Counted from the stretch's first letter, positions 49,099-59,921 are shown. The stretch: 64,000 nucleotides of DNA from an uncultured delta proteobacterium (GCA_963776345.1 CAVZMH010000019.1:32001-96000), one strand, 5' to 3'. Notes: a model not told the origin generated them from the sequence alone. Numbers and translations are program-made.

Positions 49099-52005
49099 AT
49101 GGACAAGACCAAGATCATCGAGGGCGCGGCCAAGCTCGTCGCCAAGGGAGCCTTCGACAAGGCCATCCGCGAGTACCAGAAGGTACTCGACCTGGACCCG
49201 CGTGACGTCCGCGTGCTCCAGAAGATGGGCGAGCTGTACCAGAAGAAGGGCGACAACCCGCAGGCCGCGTCCTTCTTCACCCGCGTGGCCGAGGTGTACG
49301 CGCAGGACGGGTTCTTCCTGAAGGCGGTCGCCCTCTACAAGCAGGTGCTGAAGCTCAACCCCGACCTGGTCGAGGTCAATGTCAAGCTGGCGGAGCTGCA
49401 CCAGCACCTCGGGCTGATGACCGAGGCGATGGCCTTCTTCCAGGTGGTGGTCGTCCACCACGAGCGGAAGGGCGACTCCAAGGCCACCTTCGCCACCCTG
49501 AAGAAGATGGTGGACCTCGACCCGGAGAACGTCTCCAGCCGCCTGAAGCTCGCCGAGCTCTACGCCCGCGAGCAGATGGGTGGCGAGGCGCTGGCCGAGT
49601 TCAAGCGCTCCGCCGACTGGCTGGAGCGCAACAACCGCCCCGACGAGCGGCTGCGCGTCCTGGAGCGCATCGCCTCGCTCGAGCCGGACAACGTCCAGCT
49701 TGCCCGGAGCCTGGCCCACGACTACCTGGCGCGCGGGGACCACAAGCGCGCGCTGGCCAAGCTGCAGCTCTGCTTCAAGGCCGACCCGCGCGACATCCCC
49801 ACCCTGATTCTCCTCGCGCAGGCCTTCACCGCGCTCAACCACACCAGCAAGACGCTCAGCGTCTACAAGGAGCTGGCCAAGCTCCACGCCGAGCGCAACC
49901 AGCACTCCGAGTCGCGCGACGCCTGGGGGAAGATCGAGCGGCTGGATCCGTCCGACCCGGACCTCCTGGCGTGGAAGGCGAGCCAGAGGCCCACGGCGGC
50001 GGCCCCGGCGCCCGCGGCGGCCCGCCCGGCCCGGACCTCCGTGTCCCAGGCGATCGCCGCCGTCCAGGCGGCGGCCCCGCCCCCACCGCCTCCGCCGCCC
50101 GCGCCGGCCGCCACGGTCTCGCTGACCCGGGAGCAGATCCTGAAGCTGCTCGCCGAGACGGACGTCTACGTGAAGTACGGGCTGCACGACAAGGCGCTGG
50201 AGCACCTGCGGCGCATCTTCGCCGTGGACCCCGAGAACCTCGACGCGCACGAGAAGGCCTACGTCATCTACCGGGCGGCGGGGCAGGGGGCCCAGGCCAC
50301 CGAGCAGCTGCTCAACGTGCTCCGGCTCTGCACCCGCGGCCTGGAGCGCCAGCGCGCCCAGCCCTACCTGGACACGCTGCTCTCCGAGGCGCCCGGTCAT
50401 CCGGAGATGCCGGCGTTCCTGGCCGTGCTCCGGCCGCAGGCGGTGCGGGGCGGGGCGGATCCGACGCTCGACACCGCCGCGGGCGACGAGGAGGTGCTGC
50501 TCGCCGACGAAGGGCTGGACAGCTCCTCCGACGACCTGGCGCTCAGGAACGCCGCGGGCGACGACGAGCTGCTCGCCGAGGACGACGAGGCGATGCTGGT
50601 CGACGACGGGCCCGAGCCGTCGCCGCTCCGGGGCGGAGCCGACGAGCCGCTGACCGGCGGACGCGGGGGCGCGGTGCTCGTCCCGCCTGCTCCCCAGGTC
50701 GACGGGTACGGCGACGCCACGCCCTACGGGGACGAGGCCGCGGAGCGCACCGAGATGAACGAGGCGCTCGGGGCTTACGAGCCGGGCGTGGAGAGCGCCG
50801 TCGAGCTGCCTCCCGACGAGGAGGTGGTCCTCACCCCCGCGCCGCCGGCGCCTCCTCCTCCGCGCCCGGCACCCGCCCGTGCGGTGGCTCCGCCCCCCGC
50901 TCCGACCGGTCGCGTGGCCTCGGCCGGGACGAACGGAGCGTTCGCCAGGACTGCGCCCGCTCCGGCGCCGGGTCCGACGGGCCGCCCGGCCCCGGCGGGC
51001 ACGAACGGTGCACTCAGGCGGGGCGCTCCGTCTCCGCCGTCCACGCCTCCACCCACCCCGGCTCCCCCCGCCCCCGCCCGCGCCGCGGCCCGGACCGCCC
51101 CGGAGGAGAGCGGCCCCATCACCGAGGAGCTGAACGAGGCCAGCTTCTTCCTGGATCAGGGGCTGCTCGACGAGGCACGCGAGGTGTTGGACACGGTGGA
51201 GCTGGTCCGCCCCGGTCTCCCCCGGACGGCGACGCTGCGCGACCGGCTCGCGGCGCTGGAGGCGGCGAAGGACGCGCAGCCCTCCACGCCCACGCCTCCG
51301 CCCCGGGCGGCTCCCCCGGGCGTCGAGCCCATCCCGTTGCGCACCGGCTCGTACAACCTCGCCGAGGAGCTGGCGGACGAGCTCGAGGAGCTCGGGCCGG
51401 CGCCGGAGGAAGAGCCCACGCCCGCGCCGGTGGCGGATTTCCAGTACTCGGTGGAGGAGGTCTTCACCGAGTTCAAGAAGGGGCTCGAGCGCGTCGTGCA
51501 GCGCGGCGACGTGGACACCCACTACGACCTGGGCATCGCCTACAAGGAGATGGGCCTGCTGGACGACGCGGTGCAAGTCTTCGAGGTCGCGCGCCAGGGG
51601 TGCCAGGGGCAGCCGAAGGAGGTGGACTGCCTCACCATGATCGGCCTCCTGCAGGGGATGCGGGGTGATCCCCAGCTGGCCGTCGCCGCCTTCCGCGACG
51701 CCCTGGCCAGCCCCCACGCCGGTCCGCGGGAGGTCAGCCTCCGGTACGAGCTCGCCCTCGCGCACGAGGCGGCCGGCGCCGGTGGCAAGGCGCTGGGGCA
51801 GTACCTGGCGGTCGAGAAGGCCGAGCCCACCCACCGGGACGTGGCGGACCGGGTGCGGAGGCTGTCGGCCACGGTGCGCCCGGAGGACGACGGGCCCGCG
51901 CGCCTCGCCACCTCCGTCGCTGCTCGGCCGGTACCCACCCGGCCGTCCTCCGCTGACCCCGCGCCCGCGGTGCCTGCGAAGACGCGCAAGGTGGGCTACT
52001 TGTAG
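49099..52005 (+). CDS. sgmX: TPR protein, T4P activator SgmX-like
   Basis: ATG at 49099: MDKTKIIEGAAKLVAKGAFDKAIREYQK. N-terminal TPRs, middle ETDVYVKYGL TPR, acidic linker, C-terminal THYDLGIAYKEMGL TPRs. Follows accC as in M. xanthus. Confidence 0.85.
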   Translation: MDKTKIIEGAAKLVAKGAFDKAIREYQKVLDLDPRDVRVLQKMGELYQKKGDNPQAASFFTRVAEVYAQDGFFLKAVALYKQVLKLNPDLVEVNVKLAELHQHLGLMTEAMAFFQVVVVHHERKGDSKATFATLKKMVDLDPENVSSRLKLAELYAREQMGGEALAEFKRSADWLERNNRPDERLRVLERIASLEPDNVQLARSLAHDYLARGDHKRALAKLQLCFKADPRDIPTLILLAQAFTALNHTSKTLSVYKELAKLHAERNQHSESRDAWGKIERLDPSDPDLLAWKASQRPTAAAPAPAAARPARTSVSQAIAAVQAAAPPPPPPPPAPAATVSLTREQILKLLAETDVYVKYGLHDKALEHLRRIFAVDPENLDAHEKAYVIYRAAGQGAQATEQLLNVLRLCTRGLERQRAQPYLDTLLSEAPGHPEMPAFLAVLRPQAVRGGADPTLDTAAGDEEVLLADEGLDSSSDDLALRNAAGDDELLAEDDEAMLVDDGPEPSPLRGGADEPLTGGRGGAVLVPPAPQVDGYGDATPYGDEAAERTEMNEALGAYEPGVESAVELPPDEEVVLTPAPPAPPPPRPAPARAVAPPPAPTGRVASAGTNGAFARTAPAPAPGPTGRPAPAGTNGALRRGAPSPPSTPPPTPAPPAPARAAARTAPEESGPITEELNEASFFLDQGLLDEAREVLDTVELVRPGLPRTATLRDRLAALEAAKDAQPSTPTPPPRAAPPGVEPIPLRTGSYNLAEELADELEELGPAPEEEPTPAPVADFQYSVEEVFTEFKKGLERVVQRGDVDTHYDLGIAYKEMGLLDDAVQVFEVARQGCQGQPKEVDCLTMIGLLQGMRGDPQLAVAAFRDALASPHAGPREVSLRYELALAHEAAGAGGKALGQYLAVEKAEPTHRDVADRVRRLSATVRPEDDGPARLATSVAARPVPTRPSSADPAPAVPAKTRKVGYL

Positions 52006-52019
52006 AGGCTCCACCGACG

Positions 52020-52931
52020 ATGAGCTACCTGGAACACTTCGGCCTGACGGAGGAGCCCTTCTCCAACGCTCCGGTCAGCCGCTTCTACTTCGAGTCGCCC
52101 CAGCACCAGCAGGCGCTGGTCCGCCTCACCCACGCGGTGTCGCGGATGCGCGGCCTCTCGGTGCTGGTGGGGGACATCGGGGCGGGAAAGACCACGCTCG
52201 CCCGGAGGCTGCTCGACGCGCTGCCCGAGGAGGAGTACGAGGCCGCGCTCTTCGTCATCATCCACTCCGGCGTCACCGCATCCTGGCTGCTCCGGCGCAT
52301 CGCGCTGCAGCTCGGGGTCGAGAACCCGGCGCAGGAGAAGCTCGCGCTCCTGAGCCAGCTCTACCAGCGCCTGGTGCAGATCCACGAGCAGGGCCGGAAG
52401 GCGGTGGTGCTCATCGACGAGGCCCAGATGCTCGAGACCCGCGAGCTGATGGAGGAGTTCCGCGGGCTGCTCAACCTCGAGATGCCGGAGCGGAAGCTCA
52501 TCTCCTTCGTCTTCTTTGGGCTTCCGGAGATCGAGCGGAACCTCCGGCTGGACCCGCCGCTGGCCCAGCGGGTGGCGATGCGTTACCGCCTCGAGCCGCT
52601 GAACGCCGAGAGCACGCGCTCCTACATCGAGCATCGCATCCGCACCGCCGGGGGAACCGGCGTCCCCTTCACCCCGGCGGCGATCGAGGTGCTGCACCAG
52701 CTCTCCGGCGGCTCGCCGCGCATCATCAACACGCTCGGTGACAACGCGCTGTTCGAGGCGTACCTGGCGCAGGAGACGACGGTGGACGCCCCGCGCATCG
52801 AGGAGATCGCCCGGAACCTGGCGCTCGGCCCGGCGGAGGGGACGAGCGCCAACGGCGCGCCGGCCCAGGCCCCCGCCGGAAACGTGGACCTCTCCGAGGT
52901 GGACCGCTACCTCGAGAGCCTGAAGAGCTAG
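52020..52931 (+). CDS. ExeA/GspA-like AAA ATPase without a peptidoglycan-binding domain
   Basis: YLEHFGLTEEPF, GDIGAGKTT, LIDEAQ, LAQR, SGGSPRIIN. Confidence 0.88.
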   Translation: MSYLEHFGLTEEPFSNAPVSRFYFESPQHQQALVRLTHAVSRMRGLSVLVGDIGAGKTTLARRLLDALPEEEYEAALFVIIHSGVTASWLLRRIALQLGVENPAQEKLALLSQLYQRLVQIHEQGRKAVVLIDEAQMLETRELMEEFRGLLNLEMPERKLISFVFFGLPEIERNLRLDPPLAQRVAMRYRLEPLNAESTRSYIEHRIRTAGGTGVPFTPAAIEVLHQLSGGSPRIINTLGDNALFEAYLAQETTVDAPRIEEIARNLALGPAEGTSANGAPAQAPAGNVDLSEVDRYLESLKS

Positions 52932-52936
52932 TGCCG

Positions 52937-55900
52937 ATGCGCTGGAGCGGCTCGAGCCGCAGGAGACGGCTCCTCGGCGTGGGCCTGGTGCTCGCGCTGG
53001 TCGCCGGCGGGCTGACCTTCCTCTTCGTGGGCCGCTCGCGCCTGGCCTGGGACCGCGCCTGCACCCTTGCCCGGCGGCAGCTCCCGGGGCTGCTCGGCGC
53101 CGACGTGGGGCTCGGGCGCTGCGAGGTGGACCCGGCCGGGCGCAGCATCCGCATCTACGGCCTCTCCGCCGCGGCCCCCGGGAGCGAGCGGCCTTATTTT
53201 AGCGCCGACGAGGTCGAGGTGACCGTGGCCGGCGTGCAACCGCTCTCCGGGCGGCTGGAGCTGGAGCGGGTCCGGGTCATCCGGCCGCGCATCTGGCTCG
53301 ACCTCTCCCGCCCCCAGGCGAAGCCCCCGGCCGAGGGGTGCCCGCTGCGCGCGCTGGAGCACGTGCTGGTGGACACCCTCGAGGTGCGCGGCGCCGAGCT
53401 CCGGCTCTCGCTCCCCGCGGGCCGCAGGGTCGAGGTGGCGGGGGTGGAGCTGAGCTGGCGGACGCGCCGCCGCGATGCCGAGTTCACGCTCCGGACCTCG
53501 CAGGGCCTGCTGGACCTGGCGAACGGCCGGCCTCCGCTGGCGGTGGCGGGGCTGGCGGTGGAGGGGGCGCTGGCGCCCGGCGGCCGCGAGCTCGAGGTGA
53601 GTCGGGGGGAGCTGTCCATCGACGACGCGCAGCTGTCCTTCGCCGGTCGGGTGGACGACCTCTGCCGCCCGGCGCTCGCCCTGGACGCGCAGCTCTTCCT
53701 CCCGATGCGGATGCTGGCCCGGGTCGTGCCCCTGGGCGAGGTGTCGGGGCACCTCTGGGCCCAGGCCACCTTCTCCGGCCGGCTCCCGGACGTGCGCATC
53801 ACCGGCGAGCTCATCGGCAAGGGCGTGGCGCTCGGCGCGCTCCGTCCGGGGGACTTCACCCTTCGCGCGGCGATGGCCGGCCAGGACGTCAGCATCGGCG
53901 AGCTCACCGTGCCGGTGGGCCAGGGCTCGCTGCGGGCCAGCGGCGACCTCCGGCTCGTCCCCGGCCTGCCGCTCCGGGCGAAGGCCGAGCTCGACCAGGT
54001 GAGCCTCTTCCAGGTCTTCGAGCGCGTGGGCCTGCCCGGCGCCTGGGTGGACCTCCTCGCCACCGGCCCGGTGACCCTCTCGGGCAAGCTCGCGCCCGCG
54101 CCCGAGCTGCAGGGGCAGGCGGCACTGCAGATCTCCCGGTTCGTCACCTGGGGCCACGCCGTGGACCGGAAGGTTCCCGGGCCACCCATCCTCTCCGTCC
54201 CCGCCGGCGAGGTGACACTCGACCTCGGCATCCACCCCGACCGGGTAGAGCTCACCAACGGCAAGGTGAAGGTGGGCGCGGCGCGGGCGGTGGCCAATGT
54301 GGTCATCCCCTACGGTGGCCGGGCACCCATCACCATCGACGCCACCGCCGAGCCGCTGGTGCTCGAGGACGTGGGCAAGCTCGCCGACATCCCGCTGGGC
54401 GGGGTGGGCGCGGCGCGGGTCGCCATCCGGATCCCGGAGGGGGTGGCCCAGATCGACGGCGAGCTGGCGCTGCAAGACGCGATGTTTCGTGGCTTCGCCC
54501 TGGGCAACCTCTCCTCGCCGGTGACGCTTCGCGACGGGGTCCTCTCCTTCCCCGAGGCCACCGGGACGAAGGGGCGCACCGCCTACCAGGGCCGCGCGGT
54601 GCTCGACTTCCGCGGCGACAGCACCGAGGTGCACCTCGCGGCGAACGTCCCCAACGGCCGGGTGGAGGACCTGGTGGAGGTGCTGGCACAGGTCTCGCCG
54701 GCCGTCCAGCCGCTGCGCCGGGTGCTGGTGGGAAGCGCCCGGGGCGCGATCACGCTCGAGGGCCCGGGGGAGACGATGGAGGGCCGCTTCGACCTCGACC
54801 TCTCGGGGGTGAGCCTCTCCGGGCGGCGCCTCGGGGACGGAGCGCTCCACGCCCGGCTCGACCGGGGCAACGCCATCGCCCTGGACTCGCTCGCCTTGCG
54901 CGGGCCGCTGGGCACCTCGAAGGCCGAGGCCCGGTGGGATTTCGACGGCCCGCTGGCGGCGCGATTCCGCGTGGACGGGCTCCAGCTCGAGGAGCTGGTG
55001 GGGAGCGAACTGGCGCGGAGACTGCGGGCGCGGGGGACCTTGACGCTGGTCGGAACGGTGGGAGGGACCGACGAGGTGCCCGAGGTGGCGCTGACCGTGG
55101 GCGGACCCCAAGTTTACCTCTCCGGCCGGGCGCTCGGAGCCATGGCGCTCGAGGCCCGTATGGTGGGGGAGCAGCTGGAGCTGAAGGGGCGCCCGGTGGC
55201 GGACACCGACCTCCGGATGACCGCGCGAATCAAGAAGCCCTACCCGTACGAGGCGACGCTCAAGCTGGCGCTGGCAGACCTCCGGGCGCTGCTCCCGGAC
55301 ACCGCCGCGGCGCAGGGCCTGAACGGCTCGGCGAGCGGCGTCCTCACCTCGAGCGGCACGCTGTCCGAGCCGGAGTCCTCCCACGGGACGCTGCATCTCG
55401 ACAGCCTCAAGCTGCAGCGCGGCGAGTTCCGCGCCGAGAGCGACGGCCCGTGGGACCTGCGGTTCCGGGGCGGACGGGTGAGCACCGACGGGATCCGGCT
55501 GAAGGGGCCCGAGACGGAGCTCAGCGCCTCGGGGTTCCTCGAGGAGAACGCGATGGACGTCGCGGTCTCCGGTGCGGTGGACCTCCGGCTCCTCGAGTCC
55601 TTCCTTCCCACGCTGGAGCGGGCCTCCGGGCGGCTCGAGCTGCTCGGCACGGCGCGCGGTGAGCCCGCAGACCCGCAGATCGTCGGCACCGCCACCCTGG
55701 TGGACGCCGGGTTCCGGGTCCGCGGCCAGCCCATCGAGCTCCGGGGGCTGAAGGGCAGGCTCGACTTCAGCGAGTCGCGCATCCTCTGGAGCGACCTCGA
55801 GGGCCAGGCCAACGACGGGCGGATCGCCAGCCGCGGCGACGTGCGCTGGCGCCGTTTCCGCCCCGAGCAGCTGGAGCTCTCGGTGCAGCTGGACCAGGTG

Positions 55901-56851
55901 TCGGTCCGGCTGCTGGAGGACGCGCCATTCGCCGCCACCGGAGAGCTCACCCTGACCGGCAGGCCCGGAGCCTTCCTCCTCGCCGGGGACATCGACGTGC
56001 AGCGGCTGCGCTACCGCCGTCCGTTCGGCTTCGACACGCTGCTCGCGCGAGCCAACCGGCCGACCGCGCCCGGCGAGGCGCCGAGCGAGTGGCTCCAGCT
56101 CGACGTGGCGCTGCACCTCAAGGACGCCGCGGTGGAGAACAACCTCGCCCGGGCGCGCATCGTGGGCGACCTGCGCCTCACCGGGAGCAACCTGCACCCC
56201 GGTCTGGTCGGCGCCATGGAGGCCGGGCCGGGGAGCCAGGCCTTCTTCCGCGGGACCACCTTCAACCTCACCCAGGGCTCGGTCGACTTCAAGGACCGCC
56301 GCAGCCTGGAGGGCGTGTTCGACGTGCGCGCCGAGACGCAGGTGCGCGAGTACCTCATCCGGCTCCACGCCTTCGGGAAGACCAGCCAACCTCAAGTCTT
56401 GCTCTCCAGCGAGCCCAGCCTGCCCGAGGGTGATGTCATCTCCCTCCTCACCCTGGGAGTGACCTCGCGCGACAGGGCCAACAGCAACACCACCACCACC
56501 GGCGCGGGCATCGCCGCCGAGGCGCTCTACCAGGCCTCGGGCCTGGACCAGCAGGTGCAGAAATTCCTGCCCCGGAACTCGGTCATCCGCGACCTGAGCT
56601 TCCACGTCTCCACGCTCTACAACGACGCCAACGGCCTGGTGGAGCCGACGGTGCAATTGGAGTCGAAGTTCCTCACCGACCAGCTTAAGCTCGGTCTTTC
56701 CCAGCCGGTGTCGGGCAAGGGAACCCGGGCCCTCGCCGAGTACCGCTTCGACGATCGCGTCTCCGCCCTGATCCAGTGGGACAACGTGTACAACGACGTT
56801 CCGATCGGGAATCTGGGCGTGGATCTGAAACTCCGCTGGGAGGTCGAGTAG
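52937..56851 (+). CDS. tamB: Translocation/assembly module TamB-like protein
   Basis: N-terminal TM anchor, long beta-taco repeats, C-terminal LSSEPSLPEGDVISLL..G (DUF490-like). Start at 52931 or 52937. Confidence 0.8.
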   Translation: MRWSGSSRRRRLLGVGLVLALVAGGLTFLFVGRSRLAWDRACTLARRQLPGLLGADVGLGRCEVDPAGRSIRIYGLSAAAPGSERPYFSADEVEVTVAGVQPLSGRLELERVRVIRPRIWLDLSRPQAKPPAEGCPLRALEHVLVDTLEVRGAELRLSLPAGRRVEVAGVELSWRTRRRDAEFTLRTSQGLLDLANGRPPLAVAGLAVEGALAPGGRELEVSRGELSIDDAQLSFAGRVDDLCRPALALDAQLFLPMRMLARVVPLGEVSGHLWAQATFSGRLPDVRITGELIGKGVALGALRPGDFTLRAAMAGQDVSIGELTVPVGQGSLRASGDLRLVPGLPLRAKAELDQVSLFQVFERVGLPGAWVDLLATGPVTLSGKLAPAPELQGQAALQISRFVTWGHAVDRKVPGPPILSVPAGEVTLDLGIHPDRVELTNGKVKVGAARAVANVVIPYGGRAPITIDATAEPLVLEDVGKLADIPLGGVGAARVAIRIPEGVAQIDGELALQDAMFRGFALGNLSSPVTLRDGVLSFPEATGTKGRTAYQGRAVLDFRGDSTEVHLAANVPNGRVEDLVEVLAQVSPAVQPLRRVLVGSARGAITLEGPGETMEGRFDLDLSGVSLSGRRLGDGALHARLDRGNAIALDSLALRGPLGTSKAEARWDFDGPLAARFRVDGLQLEELVGSELARRLRARGTLTLVGTVGGTDEVPEVALTVGGPQVYLSGRALGAMALEARMVGEQLELKGRPVADTDLRMTARIKKPYPYEATLKLALADLRALLPDTAAAQGLNGSASGVLTSSGTLSEPESSHGTLHLDSLKLQRGEFRAESDGPWDLRFRGGRVSTDGIRLKGPETELSASGFLEENAMDVAVSGAVDLRLLESFLPTLERASGRLELLGTARGEPADPQIVGTATLVDAGFRVRGQPIELRGLKGRLDFSESRILWSDLEGQANDGRIASRGDVRWRRFRPEQLELSVQLDQVSVRLLEDAPFAATGELTLTGRPGAFLLAGDIDVQRLRYRRPFGFDTLLARANRPTAPGEAPSEWLQLDVALHLKDAAVENNLARARIVGDLRLTGSNLHPGLVGAMEAGPGSQAFFRGTTFNLTQGSVDFKDRRSLEGVFDVRAETQVREYLIRLHAFGKTSQPQVLLSSEPSLPEGDVISLLTLGVTSRDRANSNTTTTGAGIAAEALYQASGLDQQVQKFLPRNSVIRDLSFHVSTLYNDANGLVEPTVQLESKFLTDQLKLGLSQPVSGKGTRALAEYRFDDRVSALIQWDNVYNDVPIGNLGVDLKLRWEVE

Positions 56852-59800
56852 CCTTCCTCCTCACGGTGCTCCTCGCCGCCGGCTCCGTCCGCGCGCAGGG
56901 CCCGGCGCCGTCCACCGAGGGCCCGCCGGTCGCCTCGGTCAATCTGCAGCTGCGCGGGGGCGGCAAGGTGCCGGCGGATCTGATGGGCCTGGTGGCGGTG
57001 AAGCCGGGAGCCCCGCTGTCCGGCCGCGCGGTGCGGCGGAGCATCGAGCGCCTCTTCTCCACCGGCCGCTTCTCGGACGTGGTGGCCCGCGGCGACGAGA
57101 GCCCCGACGGCCTGGTGGTCACCTTCGAGCTGGCCCCGGTGGTGCGCATCACCCGCATCGAGGTGACCGGCGCGAAGGCGCTCGGAACGGACGACGTGCT
57201 CGCGGCGGCCCGGCTCTCCGCCGGCTCCGAGTTCTGGCCCGAGCGGCTGGACGAGGCGCGCGCCGGTCTCCTCGCGGCGTACGCCCGCCGGGGCTGGAAC
57301 CAGTGCCGGATCTCCGCGACGGCGGAGCCCGCCGGGAACGACGTCGTCGTCCGGCTGGGGATCGCCGAGGGCGAGCCCACCCGGGTCAGCGCCGTCCGCT
57401 TCGATGGCCAGCCGGGGCTCTCCACCGAACGGCTCGCCTCGGCGTTCGGGCTCCGGGTGGGAGACATCCTCGACCGGAGCCGGCTGGACCCGGGCGCCGA
57501 GGCGGTGCGAACGCTCTACCGCGAGACGCGCCATGCCCGAGCCCGGGTGGGCGCGCCGCGGGTGACGCTCGACGGCACCAGCGCGGTGGTCAGGGTGCCG
57601 GTCGACGCCGGCCCGGCGTTCACCCTTCGCATCGAGGGGAACCGCCGTTACCCGTCCTCGTGGCTCCGCGGGGCGCTGGCCATCGATCCGGCCGAGACGC
57701 TCGACCGCTCGGTCCTGGAGCGCGAGGCCCGCCGCCTGGAGGCGTTCTACCGTTACCGGGGCTTCCGGAACGTGCGGGTGGAGCCGCGGGAGTCGCTGAG
57801 CCCGGATGCCACCCGCGCGGTGGTGGTGTTCCACGTGGCCGAGGGCCGCCAGGTTCGGGTACGCACGGTCCGGTTCGAGGGCCGCTCCGGGCTCTCCGAG
57901 GGCGAGCTGCGGACCGTGCTCGATCGCGTGGTGCGCGATCGCACTCCCGAGCCCGGCGAGCAACGGCTCCAGTCGGACCCGCTGCAGCTCGACGGACGGG
58001 TCGCCACCGACGGCCGTCCGGACACACCGGATCCGCCGCCCGCCGAGGTCTTCGTCGAGGAGGCGTGGCGAGACGCCGCCGAGGCGATGCAGCGGGCCTA
58101 CCGCGAGCTGGGCTGGGTCGAGGCGAAGGTGTCGCTGCTGGGCGCGACCGAGGACGTCCCCTCGGGCACGCTGGACGTCGGTTTCCGCATCGAGGAGGGC
58201 GTGCGCACCTGGGTCCGGGCGGTGAGCTTCGAGGGGCTGCCCGCGGGTTTCGCTCCGCCCGAGCTTCCGATGCTCCGCCCGGACCAGCCCTTCAGCCACG
58301 CGCGACTGGAGGAGGCGGTGAGCGCCACGGTCCGGCAGCTCGGCCGGGCGAGCTACCTCTTCGCCCAGGTGACGGCGCGGCCGGGGTTCTCCGCCGACCG
58401 GACAGCGGCCGAGCCCGTGCTGGTGGTCGACCCCGGTCCGGGGGTCCGGGTGGGGCAGGTGGTGGTGCGCGGGCTCCAGCGGACGGACGAGGCGCTGGTC
58501 CGGGCGAACCTCAAGATGGCCCCGGGCGCCCCCCTGGACCCCGACGCGCTGTTCCAGACCCAGCGGGAGCTTCTCCTTCTCGGCCTGTTCCGCACCGCCT
58601 CGGTGCGGCTCATCTCGCCGGACACGCCCGAGCCGGTGAAGGACGTGGTGATCGAGCTGCGCGAGCGCCCCCGGCTGTCGGGGAGCGTCGGGGTGGGCTA
58701 CTCGCTCGAGGACGGGCCCCGCATCATCGGCGACCTCGCCTATCCCAACGTCTTCGGCCAGGGCATCAACTTCACCCTGCGCGGCAAGCTCAACTACGTG
58801 GGGCTGAGCGCGCTGCCGCTCCAGGACTACGTCGACGGCTCCAACCTCCAGGGCCTCAACGGGCTGGACTTCAACATCAACGCCGGGCTGTCGCAGCCGC
58901 GCATCTACCAGTTCCTCCCCGCACGGGTGGGCGCGCGGCTGAACGTCACCGCCGAGCGGGTGCACCGGCCCACCTACTTCTTCGGCCGCGTCGCCGCGCT
59001 GCTCGGCGTGGACTGGACCATCACCCGCTGGCTGCAGCTGACCGGGAACTACCTCATCGAGAACGTCCTGGTCCGGGCCCAGCCGGGCGTCGGAGACCTG
59101 CTCCAGCCGAACCGGACGGACGCCGAGCGGCTGCGCTTCCCCACCGGCAACTTCTTCATGCAGACGATCGGGACGAGCCTCGCCTTCGATTTCCGGGACG
59201 AGCCGGCCAACCCGCACGCGGGCCTGTTGATCGCCGCGACCGGCGAGGTGACCAAGGACATCAGCGCCGAGACCACCGACGTCAACGGGGAGAACGCGGT
59301 GCCGGCGAGGATCTTCACCTTCAAGGCGGCCGGGGGAATCACCGGATACGTGCCGCTCGGGCCGCGGGTGGTGATGGCCCTGTCCGTCCGGGGCGGGAAG
59401 ATCTTCGCCCTCGAGCCGGACAGCCTCATCATCACCCCCAAGCGCTTCTTCCTCGGCGGGGCGACCACGCTCCGGGGCTTCCGCGATGACGCGGTCATCC
59501 CCGAGGACGTCCGCGGCGAATACGCCCGCGAGCGGGCCTCCTGCGACGCGCTGGCCTGGACGGGAGGGTGCACCAGCCGCGCCCTGGCCCTCCGGAATGG
59601 AGGAACGCTCCCCTCCGAGGGCGGGACCCTGTTCGAGCTGGCCAAGCTGGAGTTCCGGATCCCGCTGGCCGGCGACTTCGAGCTCGGCACGTTCCTCGAG
59701 GCGGGAAACCTCTGGTACTCGGCCGCCGCCTGGAAGCCGCTCGCCCTCCGGCCGGTGGCGGGCGCGGGGGTACGGTACGTCACCCCCGTGGGTCCCCTGG

Positions 59801-59886
59801 CGCTGGACGTGGGCTTCAACCTGTCGCCGGACGACCGTCTCAACGAGCCCATCTTTGCCATTCAATTCAGCGTCGGTGTGTTCTGA
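56776..59886 (+). CDS. Omp85 family outer-membrane protein with multiple POTRA domains (TamA/BamA-like)
   Basis: LFSTGRFSDV POTRA, RFFLGGATTLRGF, FLEAGN, GAGVRYVTPVGPLALD, C-terminal F. Start uncertain. Confidence 0.88.
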   Translation: MGQRVQRRSDRESGRGSETPLGGRVAFLLTVLLAAGSVRAQGPAPSTEGPPVASVNLQLRGGGKVPADLMGLVAVKPGAPLSGRAVRRSIERLFSTGRFSDVVARGDESPDGLVVTFELAPVVRITRIEVTGAKALGTDDVLAAARLSAGSEFWPERLDEARAGLLAAYARRGWNQCRISATAEPAGNDVVVRLGIAEGEPTRVSAVRFDGQPGLSTERLASAFGLRVGDILDRSRLDPGAEAVRTLYRETRHARARVGAPRVTLDGTSAVVRVPVDAGPAFTLRIEGNRRYPSSWLRGALAIDPAETLDRSVLEREARRLEAFYRYRGFRNVRVEPRESLSPDATRAVVVFHVAEGRQVRVRTVRFEGRSGLSEGELRTVLDRVVRDRTPEPGEQRLQSDPLQLDGRVATDGRPDTPDPPPAEVFVEEAWRDAAEAMQRAYRELGWVEAKVSLLGATEDVPSGTLDVGFRIEEGVRTWVRAVSFEGLPAGFAPPELPMLRPDQPFSHARLEEAVSATVRQLGRASYLFAQVTARPGFSADRTAAEPVLVVDPGPGVRVGQVVVRGLQRTDEALVRANLKMAPGAPLDPDALFQTQRELLLLGLFRTASVRLISPDTPEPVKDVVIELRERPRLSGSVGVGYSLEDGPRIIGDLAYPNVFGQGINFTLRGKLNYVGLSALPLQDYVDGSNLQGLNGLDFNINAGLSQPRIYQFLPARVGARLNVTAERVHRPTYFFGRVAALLGVDWTITRWLQLTGNYLIENVLVRAQPGVGDLLQPNRTDAERLRFPTGNFFMQTIGTSLAFDFRDEPANPHAGLLIAATGEVTKDISAETTDVNGENAVPARIFTFKAAGGITGYVPLGPRVVMALSVRGGKIFALEPDSLIITPKRFFLGGATTLRGFRDDAVIPEDVRGEYARERASCDALAWTGGCTSRALALRNGGTLPSEGGTLFELAKLEFRIPLAGDFELGTFLEAGNLWYSAAAWKPLALRPVAGAGVRYVTPVGPLALDVGFNLSPDDRLNEPIFAIQFSVGVF

Positions 59887-59921
59887 GCTGTCCCCTGTCG
59901 AGTCACCCCGAGGGAGGGCAC

